Of a stretch of DNA of 64,000 nt, positions 1 through 11,530 are shown piece after piece. How positions within the stretch are numbered: the first letter of the stretch is position 1; every line of letters starts with the position of its first letter. The DNA comes from Camelus ferus (Eukaryota). A program made the position numbers and the translations under genes. The notes beneath the pieces are model-generated. The model did not search any database, had not been told where the DNA came from, and saw only the letters and a list, made by a program, of their open reading frames with translations. The stretch covers positions 11,720,001 to 11,784,000 of the forward strand of contig NC_045698.1 in NCBI RefSeq assembly GCF_009834535.1, written 5' to 3'.

Positions 1-857
1 AGGTGTGATATAAACCAGACAGTTTCTACCTGCCTCCCCATCTGTCTAACAAAGAACTTTCTCAGTTTCTGTCCAAACATGAGATTAATTCCAAGTTTCT
101 GGACCAACATGAAAAATATCGTTAAAACACATGTCCTGCGTATACACAGCATCAGAGTAATAACAGTGTTATCAAGATCCATGTCACAGACCATTTCAAG
201 CCCTGTTCATTAATTCATCTTAGAGGAACTAAACCAAATTTTGGCAAGATCCAGTCTGTTGCAAAGAAATCCTGTTTGAGACAAGATAGATATAAAACCA
301 CAGGATAAGATTACCTACTTGCAGCTTTCACAGCGAAATCAGGCATCCATTTCTTACCCTCAGTCAGAGACACAAATGGAGCCCAAGATATTTCATCACT
401 CCTTCTCAAAGTTTATGAAATACAGTGCCCCCTGATGACTCCAATTTCAGGAACTGGCACTGTTTCTAAATTCTGCTTCCTCTATTTGGCTAAGAATAAA
501 TCTGTTAAAATATTAAGATGTGCCAGTAAATAGTATCATGTTTTCTCTCACCACCTGCAGCTAGTTACACTATCTTTAAAAGCATCTATCTGCTTATTAC
601 TATGATCAAGCACCAACAATGTCATTTGGACCACACAGAAAATAAAATACGCTAATATAATATTATAGATTTGTATAAAATACATATTAAGGCACTAAAT
701 GTACACATTTTACAAGGAATCAATCAGTCATTTTATTTAACTTCATTTACTGATGTATTATTGTCCAGTGTTATACACATGGCCAGGCATAGATGATGGA
801 AAAGTAACCCCAGCCCCGATCTTGCCCTCAGGTGCCTCCTGGTATAGTGAGAGACAA

Positions 858-933
858 AAAATATGTACACAACTGCAGAAACACAGAAAAGAGTTATGCA
901 CAAAATATGTACACAACTGCAGAAAAACAGAAA
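858..933. repeat. Two-copy direct repeat, period 44 bp
   Basis: aaaatatgtacacaactgcagaaa(c/a)acagaaa at 858 and 902. Confidence 0.85.
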
Positions 934-1449
934 CAGCCATGGCCGTTCCAAGAGTTGTGCACATTTTGGAGTGATCAGAGATGACTTAATGGACAAGTGG
1001 CTTTTGGATTAGACTTAGAAAGCAAGAGAGTTCTCCATGGAGAAAATAGAAAAAACATATTCTTAGATGAGAAAGGAGTGTCATGAGCACAGGAACTGAG
1101 ACAGGATTCCTGGTTTGTGCTGGGAAAACAAGAATAACTATTTGGCAGGATTACACGTGGTGAGAAGCACAGGAAGCGGGCAGACATTTGGTAACTTCAG
1201 ACGTGACTAGCTCAGTTAAGACCTTGACTACCATGCTAGGGAGCATGAATGTGACTCTGTAGGCAACTGGAAGCACCTGATGAGGCTCTTAAGAAGGGGT
1301 ACAGCATGCTCAGAGTCATGTAGAAAAGGTGGAACTTTAAGTATTTAAGCAAAGATTGCACACAAGGTTAATTGTTGTATTCTTTACACTTGAAGACACT
1401 TGTGTACAATGAATTGAGTATTAATTGAAAGATGTACATATTGATAGAC

Positions 1450-1965
1450 CTGGTGGTGGCAGAGACTGCTAATTGTTGCTCAATACCTATTTATCCCTTT
1501 TGTTAAAGAACTCCCAAAATTCAGCTGGTCACAGACTAACCAGAATAAGGACCACACACTTCCTAGCTTGCCCTGCAGCAAGTTGTGATCATATGACTAA
1601 GCTGTAGCCCATGGGATATAATCTAAAGTGCTGCGCACCACTTCCGGGACATGGTCCCTAGACATTTCCACGCATCTCTAGATGAGTGAGCTTTTCCTTC
1701 TCTTCCTTCCTCCTCGAATGCAGCTGTAATGTGTGGAGCTGAAGCAGCCATTTTCGGCAATAAAGATGAGCTAGGGATGAGGGTCACCTATATAGGGGCA
1801 AAAAGAATGGAAGAACCTTGACTCTGACACATGGAGCACCTGCTTAGCCCTGGAGTACCTCATTTGACATTTTCATGAAAGAAAGAAAGAAAGAAATTCT
1901 TATTTTTTCTGAGCTTCAGATATTTTGAATATTCACCCCTGGCATCTAAACCAAATCTTATCTGA
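1450..1965 (+). mobile_element. MaLR LTR (MLT1-type), old
   Basis: MLT1-like motifs: gcagcaagttgtgatcatatgactaag, ggagctgaagcagccatttt, terminal aaaccaaatcttatctgaca. Confidence 0.6.
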
Positions 1966-2094
1966 CAGGGTTGGGAAAGTGATTCAAGGGGCTTTCTATA
2001 GCTACACATCCAGTAAATCTGTTAGCATCACCTTAGGAACTCGAGAATTTTGTTAGGGGTGGAAAAAGCTATATTGGACAATGCATTTAAACTT

Positions 2095-3250
2095 GAGAAA
2101 CTACATCCAATAACTGAAGAAAGCACATTCTTTTCAAGCACACATTACACATTGACAGAAATTAACCATATATTTGGCCAAAATTCAAGTCTCAGCAAAT
2201 ATTGAAAGAATGAATTTACATCAACTACGTTTTCTAATCACAAGGCTTTTAAGCGAGGAGTCAGTAACACAAAGATAATCCTCATATGGTTACAAGTCAA
2301 CCACATGATGACTTGTTAATGTCTATATCCCAACTGGATTCTAAGTCGTGTAAGAGAAACTGACAGATCAAGCTAGCCAAGAAAAGAGGGGAAATTTTGT
2401 AATGATGTGAACATAAATTTTTAAAATTAATGAACTTAATCTCAATCAAAAGCAGGCAAAGGATATGAACAGACAATTCACACTCACATACAGAAATGCC
2501 AAAGGTCGGTAAACATGGGAAGCCATATTCCACCTCACTAGTAATAAAGGAAGTGCAATTTAAAATAACAAGGTATTACTTTTATAAAACATGGATAATT
2601 TAGTTTACTAATAATTTATAACTGATGATTTCCAGTGTTGGGGAAGATAAGAGAAGTGGCCACTGTCCTACACTGCTGATGGAGAGTCACATTAGTCCCG
2701 TGCTGACGGTGGGCGATTTGGAAGCGCCTAACAAGAGTTTACTAGCCCAAACTCCATAACCCAACATTTGCACATCTGGCTCAATCTGGCAGTAATGCAC
2801 CCAATGTCTGTATAGAGTTAGCTGCAGTATTTTTATAACAGTGAAAAATTATAAACTACCTAAGTGTCCCTCAACAGGAAAACTGTTAAAAACACTGTTA
2901 GATCCATTCTGAAGAATATAATTAATACATTTAAAAAATAATACTCATACGTACTGATATACTGTCAAATGAAGGAAGCTAAAGAATAAGGCACAAAGTC
3001 AGGGGAAAACACTGTAAGTGCGCAGACATATACCTATATACATGTAAACACATTCTTCAAAAGGTACTAGAAGGCTGCAGACCAATGTTTTAAAAGTGAT
3101 TATCTGGACTGGGGTAATGAATTGGGATGAGGTCTTGGAGGTAAATAAAAAGAGGGGTTATCCATTTTCACTGGTCCCTGTATTATCTGAATTATTTAAA
3201 TTTTAACATGCTTTTTAACAACATTATGTTTTCCTGAACTACTTGTGTAG
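2095..3250 (+). mobile_element. Old L1 fragments (ORF2 piece plus L1M 3' region)
   Basis: cacattcttttcaagcacac...aaccatat...ggccaaaa (L1 endonuclease region) and cacctcactagtaataaaggaagtgcaatttaaaataacaagg (L1M 3'). Confidence 0.65.
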
Positions 3251-4329
3251 TTAAAAACAGTTGAGTAAATTATTAAATTTACCCAAAATCCCATTAGTAA
3301 CTTGTGGTGATCCATAAACTGGTGTTCAGGCCCCTTAACTGATTGGAAAGTGTTTTTTCATCTCCCCAAAGTGACTTAAACTTTTCTGAATTAAAGAGAG
3401 TTTGAGCGATCCTGTAAATGTGGACACAACTTAAACTGAAGCACCTCCAAGTAAGACACACTTTTCTAGATGCTCGTTCTTATCGCAAATTTTGAGAATT
3501 AAATAAAGCAATGCCTCTTAAGTGCTTTGCACAGTGCTTGGCTCATTAGAGCTCAGCGCATGGCAGCAGTTAGTATTACCAGCCTGAATCGCTACAAGTA
3601 GTCCTTGTCGTGCGACACAAACTTTATACTAAGCGTGCTTGTTTTCTGAGCTCATCAGAGGCTCAGCCAACAGTCAGCCGGACAAAGCGTGTACGAGGGG
3701 AGATGCCGCCACACGCTCTTCACCTCCTCCGCCAGATCACTCTCAACCACACTCAAGAAATACTTTCAGTTCTGGAAATGACCTATTGGGATTTACGAAA
3801 AGTAAACTCCTGTCTAATCCACATCGCTTTCCACCGCTGCTTGCTATGCCGTCAAGTTAGTTTTAATCCATAAATATCTGTAAGTATATAAGGCAATATA
3901 TTTTTTGTACTGAATTCAAATGGATTTACCAGATACTTAAAAGCTAATCATTGTATAATTTAATCATTGTAAAGTCACTTTGCTGGCACTGTTTGGCTTT
4001 GATCAGACATCTAGAAGAAATTCCATCATCAGACTCTGATACCGTATGAGAAATGAGCACTCTCTACTTCTAGTGTGCTGGCCAAATTCTGACTCACAAT
4101 TGATAAGGAGTTCTGTGTTACTTTTCATATCATGGAACTGTCACTCACATATAATTAGCACCTTATTTGAAGAAAGAGCCTTGTCTTCAAACTATAAACT
4201 AAAACTGCCTTCAATGATGGCCAATATTTCTTAGTTCTTTATGGAAATACCAATCTTATGTCAGTGTGGATCTGCTAGGAAATAGTTAAATGAATATGTT
4301 TTAATACAGAATATGTAATGCAGATACAT

Positions 4330-4478
4330 TATTTTTTATTGAAGTAGAGTTGATTTATAATATTGTCTTAGTTTCTGGTGTACAGAAAAATGATTCAGTT
4401 ATACACATATGTACATATTCTTTTTCATATTTTTTCCATTATATGGTTTATTACAGGATATTGAGTGTAGCTCCCTAT
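4330..4478 (-). mobile_element. L1 3' end (artiodactyl type), 5'-truncated
   Basis: ttttttattgaagtagagttgatttataatattg...gtgtacag...gattcagttatacacatat, typical L1 3'UTR reverse complement. Confidence 0.75.
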
Positions 4479-4969
4479 ACATTACTGATGTAAGAATTTC
4501 TCTCCTTACTCTCTATGAAACTTTACAGCATTTCATTGAAAACTGTCCCAACTTTCTATCAATCCCTTGCTTCAACAGAGCCATAAAAATTAATCTGCTC
4601 TGCATTTTGCTAAGGGCTTAACTGCTGAAAACATTGCTATTGTCCTTGCAAAATAATTTTAACTTACTGTTTATTTCACTTAGCACATATGGTTTGTTGC
4701 TCAGAGAAAAAGACGATTACTAAGTAGCATGTCATTTTTCTCACGATATGAAAATCTCAAGAGTATTTTTATAGCTGTCCAAACTGAAACATACACTTCC
4801 AAGCTATTTAATTATAAATTAACCATGCTAATTTATGCAATTATGATCATGTTTAGCTTCATTTAAAAAGCTGTTCACTGAAATATATGTTGGCCTATAA
4901 ATACTTTACAGTTTTGATAAGGCAAAAGAACTACATGTATGTCTTTATGTAAAAGGCAGCATATATTTT

Positions 4970-5024
4970 TTATATATATACATGTCTGTGTGTGTATATA
5001 TATGTGTGTGTATATATATATGTA
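4970..5024. repeat. (TA)n/(TG)n compound microsatellite
   Basis: tatatatata...tgtgtgtgtatatatatgtgtgtgtatatatatatgta. Confidence 0.85.
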
Positions 5025-7949
5025 TCCACTTAAAATCCCTCACATTTTATCCCTATTTAAAATACATTTAATGAATGTTATGGCCACGTCTATCAGAAGC
5101 GTCATACTCCAGCAAGGCCCTGGCCCCACCTATGAGACTGGAAACCGCAGCGTTGAAATGGTCTTCCCTGACACAGCATAACACTCCTCTCACTAGTTAC
5201 CATGCCTTCGTGCACTTCTGATAAATGGGTTACTCAGCCAAGGAAGGCAGGAATAGCGTCACAAACCAAGTTCTTTGAGCTAGTTACACATTGGTCACTT
5301 TCAGTAACTAATATGTCATATTTTCTAAGCATCGAACCAAGAGCAACTGTGGCCTCATTGATCTGGAAAGAGCACATGTGTGCTTCCCGACAAATGATCT
5401 GTTTGTCTAATACCCACTATGAATGTTCTTGAAATGCCTCGGACTTCTAAGATAAAATTATATTTCCCATTTAGAAAAAGAAAATTCTACTTCTCTCTCC
5501 TTCATCTTTCCTCTGTTCCTTTTTATTTTCAGTTATTTCCAGTGGACAGAGCCTTCCCTGGGGACTTAGAACCAGAGAGACTCATCGTCCACAGTCCCTC
5601 CCCGCAGTCAGGAGGCTCGGGGACGGCCGGGGCCTCAATAGTGACTGCTTAATTAAGGCGCCCCTGGTTGTTAACTAAGAACTGAAGCCTCTTGGAAAAA
5701 TTTTCTCCCTCAAGCAAGATGGCTTGCCATTAGTAAAACAATCAGCGGTAATTAAAAACCTCATTTTCAAATATAGTTCATAAGTTTTACATCATGAAAA
5801 CTGCTTCTCATCTAATTCTCTTTAAAAATGTTGCCCCAAGCAAAATAAAAGGACATCTTTGAAAAAACTAGAGCCAAACGAAAGAAGCCAAAAGGCAGTC
5901 AGTTTCTCTTTCAAATAATAAAACTGTCCTAATATTTGGTCAATAGTTGTTCTTAGATACATGAATCCAAGTAAGGGATATTCTTTTTGTCTTGTTGGAA
6001 AAAATACCTAAAATACTTGATCATCAGTACATTACAGCTCTGCAGGCAGAGGTGCTAGACCTCGCAATTATCTTCTGTTTAAACTTGCTGCACCCAGATA
6101 GTCAATGAGCAATCAGATTTTGAATGCACTCCCTAAAACAACTTTAAATGGATTTAACGTTCTGCTTGAGTTCACATGCTTTATACCCTTAAACTGTTTA
6201 AGAAGTAGTTATTCCAAAACCTCTGAACAGACTAAAATTTAACCCCCCCCCCATTGCAAAGTGGAATAAAGACAGAAAATGTTTTATTTAATCAAAATCT
6301 AATCAAATCGAGGTGGGGGGAAGCACCCTTTCTGAAACAAATTAGGTGAATCATAACAGATGTCAAAGCCTTTCAGTAACTGGAATCTGGGCCAAATTTA
6401 TTTTCAAACAAGATGGGAAAAATAGAGAAATAGTTCTAACCTAATGGAATTCTGGTCACCCTGGGTCAAATTTCAAGAACATGACTGTAGTTATCAGCAA
6501 ACACTAGAGGGCGGAGTTGCATAGTGAAGTTCTAAGTTTGACATCTAACTGGGGAAAAGGATACCAATAATTAGATGCTTGCTCGTTATATTAACCCTCA
6601 AGACCTGCCACTATTGACTTATCTTGAAAGGTTTTAAGCTTCTAACAGATGACCCAAACTAGCCCACTACAATCAAACAAACACTGGAAACCCAGGCTAG
6701 AGCTCCATGGAGAACACTTGTCCTGAGAAAGATTCCTTCCTGCACTAGTTCATAAATATAACATCTCACTTTCCATGAAATGACCATCACTTTTCTCCTA
6801 AATAAAAGATGCTTAGTGACCATGCTCATGCTTTGAAAGCTAGGGATTTTAAGTTACAGATGACATTTCCCATCAAATTTGGGGAACTGATTATTCCATT
6901 TTGGTCAATTAAGTACTATAAGCTCAAACAAAATGTTTCCATATTATTAAAAGTTTTCTGAACAGGAGGGAGTGTTCAACCTTCAAAACTCCTTTGCATT
7001 CATTCTTTGTCAATGGCAGTGATTCTAAAAAGACGGGCTTCCCAGCATCCTGTTGTACTGATTAATGGAAGCCATTTATTTCAAACAGATTTTGGAAGCC
7101 CAATGACAATTTCTGTAGTTCTAGGAGCAACGTAAAAAGTCATTCCTCCTCTTTAAGTCACTGCATGACTTTCATAGTGGCCAAGTCATGCACAAGCCAC
7201 ATCAATAGCTCCCAATTATATTACCTTGAAAATCACAGTCTCACACATTCATTCTCCAAATAGCCAGGTGTCCTAGATGGCATTCAGTGAGATAACGGAG
7301 ATTCTCTGCAAAACAGTCCATCTCAGAAAATGTGTGTTTTTCAACAGAAAAAAACGTATTTGTCCAAGATGAGTGTTTTTATCACTATATTTATAAAATA
7401 TATTTATAAAAATCAATATTAAAAATAATTAAAATCCAAATGCACTGAATTTCTCATATATGATGGCTTTTATTTAAGATCCTAACCCCTTGATTATTCT
7501 GTAGATTGCACAGTGAATGTGGCAACATAAATATTTTAAATAACTCAGGAAGAGTAAATTTAGCATCTGTGATTCTTAGAATCTAGAATGTATTTTTAGA
7601 ATCTAGAATGTATTTTTCACTATTCTTTTTCTCTTAACGTCTATCTGATGGTGCTCTTTTGTCCTTTATTTTAAAACCAATGTCTTAAATATTCACCATA
7701 CTATCCAAGATATATAATGGATCAAGGAAATTGGGCCATTATGGGAGCTTTTAATATATTGATGCAAATTATATAAATATAGGCTGCAAAATATTGACCT
7801 CTCCAGTCCATTCATGGAAAACTAAAACCCAGAATGAAATGTACTTCAGTAGGAAAACTAAGCATGGCAAACATTCACTAGTATACCTTATTTCTAGAAA
7901 GTCATATATGACAATTTCTGTCAATCAGTTTTAAAGGTCTTGCATTGGT

Positions 7950-8250
7950 AGCCTTCCTAACCACTTTATCTAAAATTTTAACCACTCCTCTCAACATTTC
8001 ATCTCCCGCTTCTTTGCCCAATGTTTTCCCCTTAGCACTTACTGCTAATTGATTTACTAATTATTTTACTTGGAATTTTTACTTGTATGTTATCAATTTC
8101 CCTCTCTGGAATATACACCCTCTGAGGGCAGAGATTTTATTTCTTTTGTTTACTGTTTTATTCATCTCCAGTCCCTAGAACAGTGCCTGGCACCCAGTAA
8201 GTAATTAATAAATATTTGTTGGATTATTAAATGGATGAATAAATAAATGA
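7950..8250 (-). mobile_element. L2 3' end
   Basis: ctctgagggcagagat...ccctagaacagtgcctggcacccagtaag...aataaatatttgttg...gatgaat, L2 tail signature. Confidence 0.75.
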
Positions 8251-8969
8251 AAAAAACAACAAATCCAAAACCTGGCAGAATTGTATGTGTTCCAACTCTT
8301 GTTAGGAGTCAGAACTTAATAAACACAATCACATACCAGGAGTTTTGAAACTGTTACTTGATTTAACCTTCCCAGCAACATTAAGGAATTAATACACATG
8401 ATATCACTGTTGGCCACACAACTTAGTATGTGGCTGAGCTAAAATTTAGACTCTGGTCTGCATATTCCAAAGTCCATGCTTTTTCCATTATGTTGCACTG
8501 ACCTACATATAATCTTAACCCCTCTAGAAGGTGTGTAATAAATGTATAAAAGGATAGTTTTAAATTAAAAAGGCTAATTGTGTCAAAATACTCATGGAGC
8601 TTTGTAGACTTGGAAGAATCAGTTGAGTATTTATGAATGGCTTTTCCATTTATTAGAAAAGCTTAGGGTTCCACAATGCCTTAGTGACTCACACCAAGTC
8701 TCAGGTGGTGGGGGGAGGACAGGATAGGAAAAAATCACATATTTCTTTCACAAATTATGGGAGAGGACTATTGCATAAATACACAGGTTAACAGAATATT
8801 CAATAAGGGATTTAAAACACATAATTTCATACAGCACACAATCACCATGATTGCAGAATAATAGGTCTTCCTAAACTGATAACTTCATGAACAAAGCAAC
8901 ATCAGCAACATTTGCTGATTTTCATAAGGCTCTATTTTAGGAATAATTGCATAAAGGTCCGAACTCCCT

Positions 8970-9465
8970 TACCCAATAATCCAACTATATGCTGTCTGCA
9001 AGAGACATACTTTAGATTAAAAAACCTAATATGTTGAAAGTAAAAAATTTAAAAAGAGATATATCATATAAGCTGAAGCAGCTATCCCAATATCTTAAAG
9101 ATAAAAATTGTTACTAGAGACAAAAGACTTGTGATAAAAAAGACATTGTGATAAAAAAAGTTGATCCATCAAGAAGATGTGATATTGATACATGTATTTA
9201 CACCTAATAACAGAGTCCCAAAATATGTAAAGCAAAAACTGACAGAATCGAAGAGAGAAATGGACAATTCAACAACAATATTTGGAGACTTCAATTCCCC
9301 ACTTTCAACTAGACAGAAGAGCAAAAAAGGAACTAAAAGACATCAACAACACTATAAACTACACCAGATGGACCTTTATAGAACACAACACCAACAACAG
9401 CAGAACACTCACTCTTCTCAAGAGCATGTGGAACTTTCTCCAGGATAGACCATATGTTAGACCAA
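8970..9465 (+). mobile_element. L1 ORF2 endonuclease fragment (frameshifted)
   Basis: Translation ..IHQEDVILIHVFTPNNRVPKYVKQKLTESKREMDNSTTIFGDFNSPLS.. contains the L1 EN GDFN motif; upstream tgctgtctgcaagagac (CLQET). Confidence 0.88.
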
Positions 9466-10257
9466 AATCCCTCACCTAAAACTCTTTGGGCCATATGTGT
9501 TTCAGAATTCCAAATTGTCCAGATTTTTAAAATATGGTATGGTGTATTTTCATTGTATTATGTAATACCCCACACCCTCAGCACGATCTGGGTCAACAGG
9601 CTATAACCAATCACAGTATTTCTATGGCAAAATATATGAACACTGTCACTACTCAAGATAAAGACTATAAATAGCATCAACTCAGGTCAGGAGATGTTTT
9701 GTCACCAAATAAGTCACACACAAAAAAGTTTTTTAAACTCTTGCTTCTATTTTCAACACATTTTCAAATGGCTCTGCTTTTTTTCATCTCTACTGCATCA
9801 TCCTAGTATGAGCCACTGCTATGTCCTTCCCATCCATCGGGGAGCATTCTAACAGCACCCCTGCTCTCAGCCCAGGCTCCCTCCAGCCCAGTCTTTACAA
9901 AGCAGCTAAAAGTGTCTGTTATTATATTACTCCTCTGCTCGAGATTCTCCAATGACTTACCATTGCTCTTAGGATGAAGCACACATTCCTCACGATGGCC
10001 TGCGTGGGAGGGTGCACCTCTACCTCCCCATCTACTCCTCCTCACTCATGGTCCTTTTTATTCCCTTCAGCGCAACAAGCTGTTTCCTCCTGAGGGTCTT
10101 TAGTCTAGCTGCTCTCCCTTCCTGAATGCTCTTCAAAGAGTTTTTCAAAGGAAGGATCATCATCAATCAGTCTTCAGGTCCAAACTCAGATGTCACCTCT
10201 TCATAGAAGACTTTCCCTACCCCTTCTATCTAGATGCACTTAGCCTTCTCCATGCTA

Positions 10258-11530
10258 CTTTTTAAAAAATAAACTGAATTTTAGAGCAGTTTCAGATTTA
10301 CATAAAAGTTGCAAAGATAATTCAAGGAATCCCCACACAGGCTGCACACAGTTTCCCTTACTGTTACCCTCTTCCATTACTATGGCACATTTGGCACAAA
10401 TAATAAACCAACACTGGTACAGTACTATTGATGAAGCGCCACACTTTACTAGGATTTCACTAGTTCTTCCCTATGTCCTTTTTGTGTTCCAGGATTCCAT
10501 CCAGGTTATCACATTACATTCACTCATCACCTTTCCTCAGCTTCTTCTAGTCTCTGACAGTTTCTAAGACTTTCCTTGTTTTTTCTTCACAGTGTTGAAG
10601 CATACTGGTCAGGTATTTTATAGACGGTCCCTCAGTTTGGTTTGGTCTGCTGCTTTTCTCATGGTTACAACCAGGGTGACAGGTTTTTAAGGGGAAGACC
10701 ACAGAGGTGAAGCAGTCTCATCACATAATATCAAAGGCACATGTTATCAACATGAACTGTCACTGTTAAACTCGGCCCCCTGGCTTAGGCAGTACTTGCC
10801 AGGCTTGTCTACTATAAAGCTACTCCCCTTCTCCCCTTCTTACCCTGTAACCAGTTGACTCTTTGGAAACAAGTCACTAAGTACAGCCCACACTCAAGGG
10901 TCAGGGGTAGCTGAACCCCGTCTCCTGGAGGGGGCATTATATAAATAAACTATGTAGAATTCTTCTGTAAGGAAGATTTGTCTCTTTCCCTCCATTTACT
11001 TATTCATTCAATCATTTCTTTATAACAATGTGCACTCATGGATATTTATATTACAGCTTAGGTTATAATTCAATACCACATTATTTATTTCATTGATCAA
11101 ATTGTTTCAGATTTAGCCACTGGGGGCCCTTTCAGGCTGGCTCTTGTGTTCTCCTTTGCTATGCCTCATCCTTCTGTTTTTTTGAGCACCTCTTTACTTT
11201 CTGGAACAAGATACTCCAGTCTCATCTTGTAGAAGACAAGCATCTTGTAGAAGACAAGCATCTTTTATAAGACAAGCATCTTGTATAAGACTGGTTCCAT
11301 TTACTGGAGAATGGTACTGGAAACCAAAATCTGATGCTAGGTAAGTTTATTATTACTGAGGTGTTACCATTGGGCCCTCTCAACAAATAGAGCTAAGAAA
11401 TGGATGTGTGTATACTAACCTATGTACAAGCACGTATCTATAAATATTTCTATATGTAATCTTTTGTATCTACCTTAAGCAAAACATGAGTTTATACTGA
11501 TGTTTCCAACTCAGATCCAGTACCATATGG
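10258..11530 (-). mobile_element. L1M (L1MB/MC-like) 3' region
   Basis: ttttagagcagtttcagatttacataaaagttgcaaagata...gttccaggattccatccagg, L1M 3'UTR reverse complement. Confidence 0.7.
11223..11291. repeat. 18-bp minisatellite, about 3.8 copies
   Basis: catcttgtagaagacaag x2, catcttttataagacaag, catcttgtataagac. Confidence 0.92.

Noticed and set aside
9161..9479. Functional endonuclease gene
   Set aside because: Short, frameshifted L1 ORF2 fragment.
11223..11291. Palindromic repeats as a CRISPR-like array
   Set aside because: Units are head-to-tail with no unique spacers, there are no cas genes, and the context is eukaryotic.
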